From an uncultured Gemmatimonadales bacterium (GTDB lineage: Bacteria; Gemmatimonadota; Gemmatimonadetes; Gemmatimonadales; GWC2-71-9), in NCBI GenBank assembly GCA_963771275.1, contig CAVYSW010000003.1:1504001-1568000 (forward strand): a DNA stretch of 64,000 nucleotides. The letters are read 5' to 3'. How positions within the stretch are numbered: position 1 is the first letter of the stretch; each line of letters starts with the position of its first letter. Position numbers and translations under genes: made by a program. Below, one piece after another: positions 8,839-17,835 of the stretch. Below the pieces are notes generated by a model, which searched no databases, was not told the origin of the DNA, and worked only from the letters and a program-made list of their open reading frames with translations.

Positions 8839-9731
8839 GCGCCATCGCGGTGTTCATCAATCCGCGCTCGGGGCGGGGTCACGCCCGCGAGCTGTGGGAG
8901 GCGCTCAGCCGGAGCGAGCCCCGCCTCCAGTCCGCGCGTGTCGTGGCCGCGCCCGACGCGCACCGCGCGCGCGCGGAGCTGGTCCGGGTGCTGGCCGAGC
9001 CCGCGGAGCGGGTCCTGGTGCTTGGTGGGGACGGGACCGTGCACCTCGTGGGCAACGTGCTGCTCGACCTCGGGCTCGGCACCAAGGTGGCGCTGGGCGT
9101 GATCCCGGCTGGGACCGGGTCCGATCTCGCGCGAACGCTGCGCCTGCCCAGTGCGCCGCGGGCGGCGCTGGCGCGCGCGCTCGACGCCACACCCCGGAAG
9201 ATGGACGTGCTGATGGTCGAGGCGGACGACGGGCGGCGGCGCCACGTGCTGAACGTGGCGTCGGCGGGGATCTCGGGGCTGGTGGATCAGGCGGTGAACG
9301 CGCTCTCCAGGCGGGGCACGCTCGCGTATTTGCGCGCCACACTGGGCGCGGTGGGCCGGTACCGGAACGTGCCGTGTCGGGTCACGGTGGACGGCGAGGT
9401 TTGGCACGAGGGCGACATCCTGCTCGTGGCGATCGCCAACGGCGCCACGTTCGGGAACGGGATGAAGGTGGCTCCGGGCGCGCGGCCGGACGACGGCGTG
9501 GCGGACGTGGTGCTGGTGGGGCCGATCCCCCGCTGGCAGCTGCCGCTCCGCCTGCCGCAGATCTACCTCGGCACCCACGTCCACGCGCGCTACGTCCGCA
9601 CCGGCCGTGCCCAGCGCGTGCGGCTCGAGCCGCTCGGTCTGTTTCCGCCGTTCGACGTGGATGGGGAGATGTTCGCCGCCGGCGCGGCGACGGTCACGCT
9701 CGTGCCGGGGGCCCTGCTGGTCTCCGCCTGA
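8835..9731 (+). CDS. Diacylglycerol/lipid kinase family protein (YegS/Rv2252-like)
   Basis: INPRSG, GGDGT, IPAGTGSDLAR, DDG, DGE motifs; GTGA overlap with the glpD stop. Confidence 0.9.
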   Translation: MSAIAVFINPRSGRGHARELWEALSRSEPRLQSARVVAAPDAHRARAELVRVLAEPAERVLVLGGDGTVHLVGNVLLDLGLGTKVALGVIPAGTGSDLARTLRLPSAPRAALARALDATPRKMDVLMVEADDGRRRHVLNVASAGISGLVDQAVNALSRRGTLAYLRATLGAVGRYRNVPCRVTVDGEVWHEGDILLVAIANGATFGNGMKVAPGARPDDGVADVVLVGPIPRWQLPLRLPQIYLGTHVHARYVRTGRAQRVRLEPLGLFPPFDVDGEMFAAGAATVTLVPGALLVSA

Positions 9732-9749
9732 GGGGAACGCGCGGCGCCC

Positions 9750-10601
9750 TCACCGCCGGTGCCGCAAGAACATCTCGCCGAGCAAGCGGCCCGTGTCGGC
9801 GTCGCCGCGATACCAGGAGTGGTTGCCGCCCTCGATCACGTAGAGCAGCGTCTCGCCGTCGGCGGTGCAGCCGGCGAACCGCTCGAGTCGCACGCGGTGA
9901 CTGTCCGCCAGCGCGTCCGGCTCGTACGTCACGATCACCGTGGAGACGTCGCAGCCGTTCCGCCGCGCAAACAGGCGAATGGTCGAGTCGGCCGACAGCC
10001 GGCCGACGGCGGAATCGCCGTCGATCGGCACCACGAGATCCACCGAGCCCACCACCAGCGCCGTGGCGATCCGCGCGCGGGGCCGGCACGCAACCGCGAC
10101 GTCGGCCGACATGGTGGAGGCGACGATGCCGACGGCGGCAAAGGACGGCGCTTCCTCGCAGGCGAGCCGCATGGTGAAGGACCCGCCGCGCGAGAACCCC
10201 GTGGCATACACCCGGTCGCGGTCCAGGTTGAGGCGCCGGGCGAGCGCCTCGATCAGGCCGAGCGTGAAGTTCACGTCCTTCGGGCCGTCGAGATCCCAAT
10301 CGCGGGCGCCCTGCATGTAGGCGACCACGAAGCCCAGGCTGTCGGCGGGGCCGTCCAGCCCGGTGGACGCCCGCATCTCCTCCGCGTTCCCGCCCGCGCC
10401 ATGGAACGCGAGCACGAGGGGATACGCCTCTGAGCCGTCATAGGAGGGCGGCACGTGCACCACGGCGCTCCGCACCGTATCGGCGATGGCGACCTTGAAC
10501 TCGAAGTCGTACACGCCGTCGAACGGCGCGACGGCCTCGCCGCAGGCGAGGGCGAGGAGCGCGACGGTCGCGGTCAGCGCCGAGACTGTATGCCGCGACA
10601 C
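9750..10601 (-). CDS. PHB-depolymerase/LpqC-like alpha/beta hydrolase lipoprotein
   Basis: Lipobox LALAC; PLVLAFHGAGG, GFSRGG nucleophile elbow, G..D.VVP, GGNHSW; GGAG RBS before GTG10601. Confidence 0.8.
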   Translation of the reverse strand: MSRHTVSALTATVALLALACGEAVAPFDGVYDFEFKVAIADTVRSAVVHVPPSYDGSEAYPLVLAFHGAGGNAEEMRASTGLDGPADSLGFVVAYMQGARDWDLDGPKDVNFTLGLIEALARRLNLDRDRVYATGFSRGGSFTMRLACEEAPSFAAVGIVASTMSADVAVACRPRARIATALVVGSVDLVVPIDGDSAVGRLSADSTIRLFARRNGCDVSTVIVTYEPDALADSHRVRLERFAGCTADGETLLYVIEGGNHSWYRGDADTGRLLGEMFLRHRR

Positions 10602-10754
10602 CGGATACTCCGAGAAGATCTCACCTGTAAAAGGTAGTGGAACGTCAGGTCGCGTTCCGCCCATCGTCACTCAACGTCACGCCGCCTCCGGGGTACCCTA
10701 TCGGGAGACGGCAGGGGTGAGGGCAACACGCAGCAGCGGGAGGAGATAAAACAG

Positions 10755-11738
10755 ATGCAGACGCGCACCCTCGGGGCTGACGGCCCCGCGATATCGGCGA
10801 TCGGATTGGGCTGTATGGGGATGTCGGACTTCTACGGTCCGGCCGAGGACGCCCGCTCCATCACCGTGATCCACCGGGCCCTGGAGCTGGGGGTCAACAT
10901 CTTCGATACCGCCGACGTGTACGGCGTGGGCCGCAACGAATCACTCGTGGGCCGCGCGCTCCGCGACCGGCGCGACCGGGCGGTGATCGCCACCAAGTTC
11001 GGCAACGTGCGCGGCGCCGACGGCACGTTCCTCGGCGTCAACGGCCGGCCCGAGTACGTGCGGCAGGCGTGCGAGGCGAGCCTCGGCCGGCTTGGCGTCG
11101 AGTCCATCGACCTCTACTATCAGCACCGCGTCGATTCCCAGACCCCTATCGAGGATACCGTCGGGGCCATGGCCGACCTGGTGCAGCAGGGGAAGGTGCG
11201 CTACCTCGGCCTTTCCGAGGCGGGGCCAGCAACCATCCGGCGCGCCCACGCGGTGCATCCCATCGCCGCGCTCCAGACCGAGTACTCGCTCTGGTCCCGC
11301 GAGCCGGAAGACGGGCTGCTCGACCTGTGCGCCGCGCTGGGCATCACCTTCGTGGCCTATAGCCCGCTGGGACGCGGCTTCCTGACCGGCGCGATCCGGC
11401 GACCGGACGATCTCAGCCCCACCGACTGGCGGCGTAACCACCCGCGCTTCTCGGGCGAGAACCTCCCGGCCAACCTCACGTTGGCGGACGCGATCCGCGA
11501 CCTGGCGCGGGGCAGGGGATGCACGGCCGCGCAACTGGCGCTGGCCTGGCTGCTGGCGCACCGAGGAGTCGTGCCCATTCCAGGCACGCGCCGCATCGAG
11601 CGGTTGGAGGAGAACATCGCCGCCGTGGAGCTCGTGCTGAGCCGCGAGGAGCGGGCGCGACTCGAGGCCGCGCTCCCCCCGGGTGCCGCGGCCGGCGCCC
11701 GGTATCCCGAGTCCGGCATGCGCACCGTGAACCGATAG
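10755..11738 (+). CDS. Aldo/keto reductase
   Basis: [45 protein letters not shown] motifs. Confidence 0.95.
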   Translation: MQTRTLGADGPAISAIGLGCMGMSDFYGPAEDARSITVIHRALELGVNIFDTADVYGVGRNESLVGRALRDRRDRAVIATKFGNVRGADGTFLGVNGRPEYVRQACEASLGRLGVESIDLYYQHRVDSQTPIEDTVGAMADLVQQGKVRYLGLSEAGPATIRRAHAVHPIAALQTEYSLWSREPEDGLLDLCAALGITFVAYSPLGRGFLTGAIRRPDDLSPTDWRRNHPRFSGENLPANLTLADAIRDLARGRGCTAAQLALAWLLAHRGVVPIPGTRRIERLEENIAAVELVLSREERARLEAALPPGAAAGARYPESGMRTVNR

Positions 11739-11766
11739 ACGGGGGGACAACGCGGGAGGCGTTGCC

Positions 11767-12801
11767 ATGACCTTGCCCATGAGGCCGCTCGGCACGAGCG
11801 GCATCGAGATCACGAAAGTGGGGTTCGGCGCCTGGGCCGCGGGCGGCGGCGACTGGGCCTTCAGCTGGGGCCCCCAGGACGACGCGCAGTCGCTGGCCGC
11901 CATGCGGCACGCGCTGGAGCGCGGCATCAACTGGATCGACACCGCCGCGGTCTACGGCCTGGGGCACTCCGAGGAGGTGGTCGGCCGGCTCCTCCGGAAG
12001 CTGCCGGTGGCTCACCGTCCGCTGGTGTTCACCAAGGGCGGCCAGGTGTGGGACCCGGCGGACCGCCAGGCGGCGCCGCGCCGGAACCTCCAGCCCGCGT
12101 CCATTCGCGCCGAGGTGGAGCGGTCGCTCCACCGCCTCGGCATCGAGCGGATCGATCTCTACCAGTACCACTGGCCGGACGAGACGGGCGTGACCCTGGA
12201 GGACGCGTGGCGTGAGATGGGCCGGCTGATCGAGCAGGGGAAGGTCCGGGCCGGCGGCGTGTCCAACTTCAACGTGGCGCAACTGGAGCGATGCGAGGCC
12301 CTGCGCCACGTGGACTCGCTCCAGCCGCCGTTCTCGCTGATCCGTCGCCAGGCGGCGTCGGCCGAGATCCCGTGGTGCGCCGAGCACGGGACCGGGGTGA
12401 TCGTCTACAGCCCCATGCAGACCGGGCTGCTGACCGACCGGTTCGACCGCGACCGGATTGCCCGGTTCGCCGCGGACGACTGGCGCCGGCGGGCGCCGGA
12501 GCTCCAGGAGCCGCGGCTCAGCCGGAACCTCGCGCTGCGGGATGCGCTGCGGCCCATCGCCGCGCGGCACGAGACCACCGTCGCCGCCGTGGCGGTGGCG
12601 TGGACCCTCGCCTGGCCCGGCGTGAGCGGCGCGATCGTGGGCGCCCGCTCGGCCGAGCAGGTGGACGGCTGGATCGGAGGCGCCGCGCTCACGCTGTCCG
12701 CGGAAGATCTCGCGGAGATCGCGACCGCGATCGAGCGCAGCGGTGCGGGAACCGGCCCCGTTAGGTCAGAAGGCAGGGAGCGCAGATGGGCAGAAAATTG
12801 A
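11767..12801 (+). CDS. Aldo/keto reductase
   Basis: GFGAWA, WIDTAAVYG, IDLYQYHWP, GVSNF, YSPMQTGLL, AIVGAR motifs. Confidence 0.93.
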   Translation: MTLPMRPLGTSGIEITKVGFGAWAAGGGDWAFSWGPQDDAQSLAAMRHALERGINWIDTAAVYGLGHSEEVVGRLLRKLPVAHRPLVFTKGGQVWDPADRQAAPRRNLQPASIRAEVERSLHRLGIERIDLYQYHWPDETGVTLEDAWREMGRLIEQGKVRAGGVSNFNVAQLERCEALRHVDSLQPPFSLIRRQAASAEIPWCAEHGTGVIVYSPMQTGLLTDRFDRDRIARFAADDWRRRAPELQEPRLSRNLALRDALRPIAARHETTVAAVAVAWTLAWPGVSGAIVGARSAEQVDGWIGGAALTLSAEDLAEIATAIERSGAGTGPVRSEGRERRWAEN

Positions 12802-12966
12802 GGGTCCCCTGGCGCTCCGGCGCGAGACCAGACCAGGTTCGGTCGGGAATGGTCGCCTCACTCACAACACGCTGTATGACAACGGCTTATGCGTCGCAAT
12901 GATGGCATACTGGCGGCTTGGTGTCGGCTCGCTATGCGCTTGGTGGTGGTGATTCGGCGGCGCGCT

Positions 12967-12993
12967 GGAAACCACGGCCCGCCCCCGTACGTA
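12967..12993 (+). promoter_or_regulatory. Possible SigW-like ECF promoter (GGAAAC-N17-CGTA)
   Basis: GGAAAC at 12967 and CGTA at 12990, about 40 nt upstream of the small membrane gene. Confidence 0.35.
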
Positions 12994-13033
12994 AGGACAC
13001 CCAACCTGAGGCGATGGCCTCGAGGAGGGTGAC

Positions 13034-13240
13034 ATGTTGCGACCGGTTCTCGCGCTCGCCGGTGTCGCGGTGGTGGGCGTCGTGCTGTGGAAGCTCGCAT
13101 GGCTGTTCGTTCTCCCGTTCGTCGGGATGTTTCTGGGTCTCCTCATCCTCGCGGCCAAGGTCCTGCTCATCGTAGGTCTGCTGTACCTGGCCTACCGGCT
13201 GTACCGCAAGTGGGTGGTCGGCAGCACCGCAGCGAGCTGA
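13034..13240 (+). CDS. Small integral membrane protein (68 aa)
   Basis: GAGGAGG RBS; two hydrophobic helices; basic C-terminus; followed by a terminator. Confidence 0.75.
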   Translation: MLRPVLALAGVAVVGVVLWKLAWLFVLPFVGMFLGLLILAAKVLLIVGLLYLAYRLYRKWVVGSTAAS

Positions 13241-13258
13241 GACCCGCCACGGTCACTG

Positions 13259-13301
13259 CGGGGCCGGCGTCGCCATCACCGCGCGATGCCGGCCCCGTTT
13301 T
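13259..13301 (+). terminator. Intrinsic terminator
   Basis: Stem CGGGGCCGGCGTCGC / GCGATGCCGGCCCCG followed by TTTT. Confidence 0.75.
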
Positions 13302-13380
13302 GCATGCATGGGGGCTGCTGGCACCGGCCTCCCCCGCGGGGTAGGTTTCCGGACCCTTCGGCCCCTTCCTCGGAGACCGC

Positions 13381-14832
13381 ATGACCGCGCCGTCCCAGCC
13401 CGGTGCTCCACCGGCCCGCACCGAGTTCGTCAAGGCGATCTCGCGCCTCGACGCGACCGCCCTCGTCATGGGCTCGATGATCGGATCGGGCATCTTCATC
13501 GTCACCGCGGACATTCTCCGCACCGTGCAGAGCCCAGGCGTGATGCTCGTCGTGTGGGTGCTGTCCGGCATCATGACCCTGCTGGGGGCGCTGACCTACG
13601 GCGAGCTGGCGGCCATGTTCCCCAACGCGGGCGGCCAGTACATCTACCTGCGCGAAGGCATCTCGCCGCTGTTCGGCTACCTCTATGGCTGGACCCTGTT
13701 CATGGTGATCCAGACCGGCACGATCGCCGCGGTGGCCGCCGCGTTCGCGCGCTTCACGGCGGTGCTGTTCCCGGGGTTGAGCCCCGACGTCTTCCTCGGG
13801 GGCACGGTGACGCTCCCGACCGGTACCTACGAGGTCGGACTCTCGGCGCAACGGCTGCTGGCGATCGCGTCGATCGTGCTGCTCACGTGGGTCAACATCC
13901 GGGGCGTCCGCACGGCGGCCTTCATTCAGACCTCGCTCACGATCATCAAGACGGCGTCGCTCGCGGCGCTGGTGCTGCTCGGCCTCTCGATCGGTCGCAA
14001 CGCCGGGGCGATCGCGGCGAACTTCGGCGCGGCATTCTGGCCGGCCGGCGGCGTCACGCTGGCGCTGGTCCCGGCCATCGCGGCGGCGATGGTGGGGGCC
14101 CTGTTCTCGATGGATGCGTGGAACAACGTCGGGTTCGCGGCGGGTGAGCTCAAGCAGCCGGAGCGGGACCTGCCGTTTGCGATGGCCGCCGGGGTGACCC
14201 TGGTGACGACGCTCTACGTGCTGTCGAACGTCGCCTACCTCAACGTGCTGCCGGCGGACGCGATCGCGAATGCGCCGCAGGACCGGGTCGGCACCGCCGC
14301 GCTGCAGGCGATGTTCGGCGACCCCGGCCTCCGCATCATGGCTGTCGCCGTGATGATCTCGACGTTCGGCTGCAGCAACGGCCTGATTCTGGCCGGGGCG
14401 CGGGTCTACTACGCGATGGCGCGCGACAGGCTGTTCTTCCGGCGCGCCGGGCAGCTGCATCCCGAACACCGGACGCCCGCGCTCGCGCTCGTGGCGCAGG
14501 CGATCTGGACCAGTGTCCTCTGTCTGTCGGGGACCTACTCCCAGCTGCTCGACTACGTGATCTTCGCGGCGGTGCTGTTCTACATGCTCACCGCGCTCGG
14601 CCTGTTCGTGCTGCGGCGGAAGCGGCCGATGGCCGAGCGCCCGGTGCGGGCGGTCGGCTACCCGTGGCTCCCGGCACTCTACGTGGCCGCCACGGCCCTG
14701 TTCTGCGTGAACCTGCTGGCGCAGCGACCACTCTACACCTGGCCGGGCCTGATCATCGTGGCGCTCGGCGTCCCGGTGTACTTCGGCTGGAGAGCTGTCG
14801 TGCGGGCGCGAGAGGCCAGCGCGGCGGCCTGA
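13381..14832 (+). CDS. APC-family amino acid permease
   Basis: GSMIGSGIF, YGELAAMFPNAGGQYIYL, WNNVGFAAGELKQP.R, RVYYAMARD; about 12 TM segments. Confidence 0.93.
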   Translation: MTAPSQPGAPPARTEFVKAISRLDATALVMGSMIGSGIFIVTADILRTVQSPGVMLVVWVLSGIMTLLGALTYGELAAMFPNAGGQYIYLREGISPLFGYLYGWTLFMVIQTGTIAAVAAAFARFTAVLFPGLSPDVFLGGTVTLPTGTYEVGLSAQRLLAIASIVLLTWVNIRGVRTAAFIQTSLTIIKTASLAALVLLGLSIGRNAGAIAANFGAAFWPAGGVTLALVPAIAAAMVGALFSMDAWNNVGFAAGELKQPERDLPFAMAAGVTLVTTLYVLSNVAYLNVLPADAIANAPQDRVGTAALQAMFGDPGLRIMAVAVMISTFGCSNGLILAGARVYYAMARDRLFFRRAGQLHPEHRTPALALVAQAIWTSVLCLSGTYSQLLDYVIFAAVLFYMLTALGLFVLRRKRPMAERPVRAVGYPWLPALYVAATALFCVNLLAQRPLYTWPGLIIVALGVPVYFGWRAVVRAREASAAA

Positions 14833-14853
14833 CGACGCGCGCCGGGCAGGCGC

Positions 14854-15795
14854 TCAGTGCTGAGCCGCTGCGTGGGGCGGGAGGTCCTCGCCGCCCGGGC
14901 GCTCGAGCCGTTGGTCCTGGAACGACGCGGGGTCCTCGATCGGCTCGATGTGGGTGAATACGGTGCTGAAGGGCACCGCGGTCCGGACTTCGTCCTCGAT
15001 CCGCTCGAGCAGGTCGTGCCCCCGCTGGACGGTCCAATCCCCCGGCACCAACACGTGGAACGAGATGAACCGCCAGCGGCCGGCCTGGCGCGTTCGCAGC
15101 GCGTGCCAGTGAACACCGTCGGCGGCGAGCGCGTCGAGCAGGCCGCAGATCTCGCGGCGCAGGTGCTCCGGCAGCGACGTGTCGAGGAGGCCGAGTGCGG
15201 AGCGACGGACCAGATTCACACCCGTCCGCACGATGTTCGCCGCCACGAGGATGGCGACCAGGGGATCGAGGATCTGCCAGCCGGTGAGGACCGCGGCGCC
15301 GACCCCGGCGATCACGCCCGCCGACGTCCACACGTCGGTCATGAGGTGATCGGCGTCGGCCTCGAGCGTGATGGAGTCGTGGCGCCGGCCGGCCGCGAAC
15401 AGCAGGCGGGCCACGCCGAGGTTCACCAGCGACGCGACCGCCGACACCCCGAGACCGAGACCCGCCTGCTCGATCGGGTGGGGGGCGAGGAGCCGCCGAA
15501 TGGCGGCGTACGCGATGCTCCCGGCCGCCACGAGAATCAGGCCGCCTTCGAAGCCGCTCGAGAAATACTCGGCTTTGGTATGACCGTAGGCGTGATCGTC
15601 ATCTTCGGGCCGCGCGGCGGCCGACAGGGCGAGCAGCGCCACGATGGCCGCAGCCAGGTTGACCAGGCTCTCCAGCGCATCGGAGAGGATTCCGACCGAC
15701 CCGGTGAGCGCGTAGGCCCCGCTCTTGAGGCCGATCGTGACGAGGGCCGCAGCGATGGAGATCAGGGCGTAACGGCGGAGCGTGGGTTGCTTCAT
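14854..15795 (-). CDS. Cation diffusion facilitator (FieF-like) transporter
   Basis: [33 protein letters not shown]; six TM segments plus a cytoplasmic dimerisation domain. Confidence 0.93.
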   Translation of the reverse strand: MKQPTLRRYALISIAAALVTIGLKSGAYALTGSVGILSDALESLVNLAAAIVALLALSAAARPEDDDHAYGHTKAEYFSSGFEGGLILVAAGSIAYAAIRRLLAPHPIEQAGLGLGVSAVASLVNLGVARLLFAAGRRHDSITLEADADHLMTDVWTSAGVIAGVGAAVLTGWQILDPLVAILVAANIVRTGVNLVRRSALGLLDTSLPEHLRREICGLLDALAADGVHWHALRTRQAGRWRFISFHVLVPGDWTVQRGHDLLERIEDEVRTAVPFSTVFTHIEPIEDPASFQDQRLERPGGEDLPPHAAAQH

Positions 15796-15949
15796 GTCTT
15801 CGCGCGGCGCGTGAGGGAGGGAATGTGCGCTGTCGCGCCGCGCCCCGACAGGTCACCGGCGGGAATCCCCGATCGTCGGACCGGGACGGGGGATGAGCTG
15901 GCCGCGCTGCGGGGAACCCGGCTCGACGGTCACGCGCGCTTTGGGGGGC

Positions 15950-16013
15950 GCAAGTAAGTGACCCAAGGTCACTTACTTGCTTGCCTGGTACGTTGTGATA
16001 TGACCAATGGTCA
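15950..16013. promoter_or_regulatory. Operator-like palindromes: perfect 14-bp inverted repeat and a second TGACC-N3-GGTCA box
   Basis: GCAAGTAAGTGACC-CAA-GGTCACTTACTTGC (15950-15980) and TGACC-AAT-GGTCA (16001-16013). Confidence 0.65.
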
Positions 16014-16161
16014 GTTACGACTTCGAACGCCCTGGTGTCCCCTTGTGCCGTGCCGACCAGACGCCGGCCTGAGCGACACGGTCCGGCAGCGTCACGGAAC
16101 GCACCACAGGTTCGTGCGTGACGAGGCGATCGTCGGGCGGGTATGGCACCGGGAGGGGCTG

Positions 16162-16575
16162 ATGAGACGTCACCGGATTCGGCAACTGCGCTGTGTGATC
16201 GCCCTGCTTGGGCTGGCGGTACTCGGCGCGTGCCACGACGCGCCGGTCCAACCGGCGGGCGTGCAACTCGATTCGATCGTGATTGGCGTGGCCGGTCTGC
16301 CTGACGAGTTCGACTCGCTCACGACGTTCACCTTCGACGTTCCGGCCGTGAACGCCGAGTCGGTGCTTGTCGCGCTACTTGATGTCGGCATACCGGTGCG
16401 CTACGCCTGGCGCCCGCTCGACAACCGGTGCATGGACCCGATCGGGCCACGCTTCACCGTTCAGTTGCACCGGGATGATCCCCGCATGCTGGATCACGGC
16501 TTCGTGCGCGGCGCCGTGGGCCGCCTCCTGTGTGCAAGCCAGCTGATGTGGTACCAGGTACGGCCGGACCCGTAG
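16162..16575 (+). CDS. Hypothetical lipoprotein
   Basis: GGAGG RBS; basic N-terminus and hydrophobic core ending in lipobox LGAC. Confidence 0.6.
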   Translation: MRRHRIRQLRCVIALLGLAVLGACHDAPVQPAGVQLDSIVIGVAGLPDEFDSLTTFTFDVPAVNAESVLVALLDVGIPVRYAWRPLDNRCMDPIGPRFTVQLHRDDPRMLDHGFVRGAVGRLLCASQLMWYQVRPDP

Positions 16576-16598
16576 CGGATGGCGTCTCGACCGGTGTG

Positions 16599-16668
16599 CC
16601 CGCAGAGAACGCGGAGCGCGCGGCGGTCATCCTGAAGGTACGCCTGCGATCTCCGCGATCTCCGCGGT
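16599..16668. repeat. 9-bp-periodic palindromic intergenic element (copy 1)
   Basis: Left arm CCCGCAGAG AACGCGGAG CGCGCGGCG; right arm CGCCTGCG ATCTCCGCG ATCTCCGCGGT; similar to 55791-55885. Confidence 0.65.
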
Positions 16669-16684
16669 GCCTCCGTCCGGGGCG

Positions 16685-17278
16685 CTACTTCACGGGCATC
16701 ATGACGTGCGCGTAGGGCGTGTTCTGGAACATGACGTACGGCGCGCCGCTGGCATGATCCGTGGACATACCCTTGAGCATCGCGGGGTCCGGAAACACCA
16801 CCATGACGTGCGGCCCGGAGTTCACCCAGCTCGCCCCGGAGTCCGGGTGCGTGGCGAACGGATCCGTGTTGCTCGCGTCCGAGCCGCCCTGGAGCATGTA
16901 GGCGAAGCCGGCCGTCTTGAGGGCGGGGATCGTGTGAGCCTGCCACGCGCCCGCCCACTCCATGAAAGCCGCGTCGAGGCACATGGGGTCGGTGCCGGGA
17001 GTGCTGGGGATGTCGGGCATGCACGTCCACCCGTTGGTGCCGGCGCGGAGCTCCGTCATCGCCGCGCCGGCGGTCGCGGGCCAATCCATCACCGCGGCGT
17101 TCGCGGTAACAGCGGCCGGTCCCGCGCTCAGCGCGTTCTGGATCTTCCACTCGGGTGTTCCTGGGGCCGGCCCGGCGGGCGGCATCGGGGCCTGTGCTTC
17201 CTGCGGCGGCTCGGCCTGCTTCTGGCAGCCGACGGTGAGAAGGACGGTGAAGAGGAACGGGATCGAGGCCGACCGCAT
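16685..17278 (-). CDS. Hypothetical lipoprotein with Cys/Met/His motifs
   Basis: GGAGG RBS; lipobox TVGC; motifs GTNGWTCMP, PMCLD, GPHVM, PYAHVMMP. Confidence 0.7.
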   Translation of the reverse strand: MRSASIPFLFTVLLTVGCQKQAEPPQEAQAPMPPAGPAPGTPEWKIQNALSAGPAAVTANAAVMDWPATAGAAMTELRAGTNGWTCMPDIPSTPGTDPMCLDAAFMEWAGAWQAHTIPALKTAGFAYMLQGGSDASNTDPFATHPDSGASWVNSGPHVMVVFPDPAMLKGMSTDHASGAPYVMFQNTPYAHVMMPVK

Positions 17279-17397
17279 GCGGCACCTCCCACAGAACCTC
17301 GGAACATGCCCCTTCGGGGGCACGCGGACCACGGATCGGAAATTATCCTAATGGTTTAGTCGGAAATGGCAACCCAGTCGGACGGGTCGCGGCGCGG

Positions 17398-17832
17398 CTA
17401 ACGCGGCGGGCCGAGCCTGCCGCTCTCGCGTGCCTGGACGAGCAGCCGCTCCATGAAATCCACGCGCTCCTCAAGGTCCAGCATCTGGGTACGCATCGTC
17501 TCCAGGTCCTGCCGGACCCGCTCGTCCGGTCGGCCGGCTGCCGCGGGCGCCTCTGATTCGCTCCACCGCACGATCCGGCGGCCCTCGGCGTCGCGGAACT
17601 CCCCCGTGGCGATCACGACGCAGTCGGCCAGCCACCACAGGCCCAATCCGCCGAGCGTGCAGAGCATGACGACGCCGGAACTCACCTTCCCTGCGTAGAA
17701 CCGGTGCGCGCCGAAGACGCCGAGCGGCAGACTGAGCAGCAGCGCCGTCAGGCGTGATCGGTCGGACGCCGTCCCCCGGGGACTCCCCCGCTCGTACTCG
17801 TCGCTGGCGTACGGCTCGAGATCGTCTCGCAT
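17398..17832 (-). CDS. TM2-domain membrane protein with C-terminal coiled coil
   Basis: LGVFGAHRFYAGK..G..MLCTLGGLGLWWL.D (TM2 signature); C-terminal DLEERVDFMERLL. Confidence 0.8.
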   Translation of the reverse strand: MRDDLEPYASDEYERGSPRGTASDRSRLTALLLSLPLGVFGAHRFYAGKVSSGVVMLCTLGGLGLWWLADCVVIATGEFRDAEGRRIVRWSESEAPAAAGRPDERVRQDLETMRTQMLDLEERVDFMERLLVQARESGRLGPPR

Positions 17833-17835
17833 TGC

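Noticed and set aside
12903..12918. TGGCAT-N-GC as a sigma54 promoter
   Set aside because: GG-N10-GC spacing fits, but the -12 box (CGGC) is poor. Too weak to call.
15853..15933. Short minus-strand ORF upstream of the CDF gene as a leader peptide
   Set aside because: No RBS, no informative residue bias, and no attenuator structure recognised.
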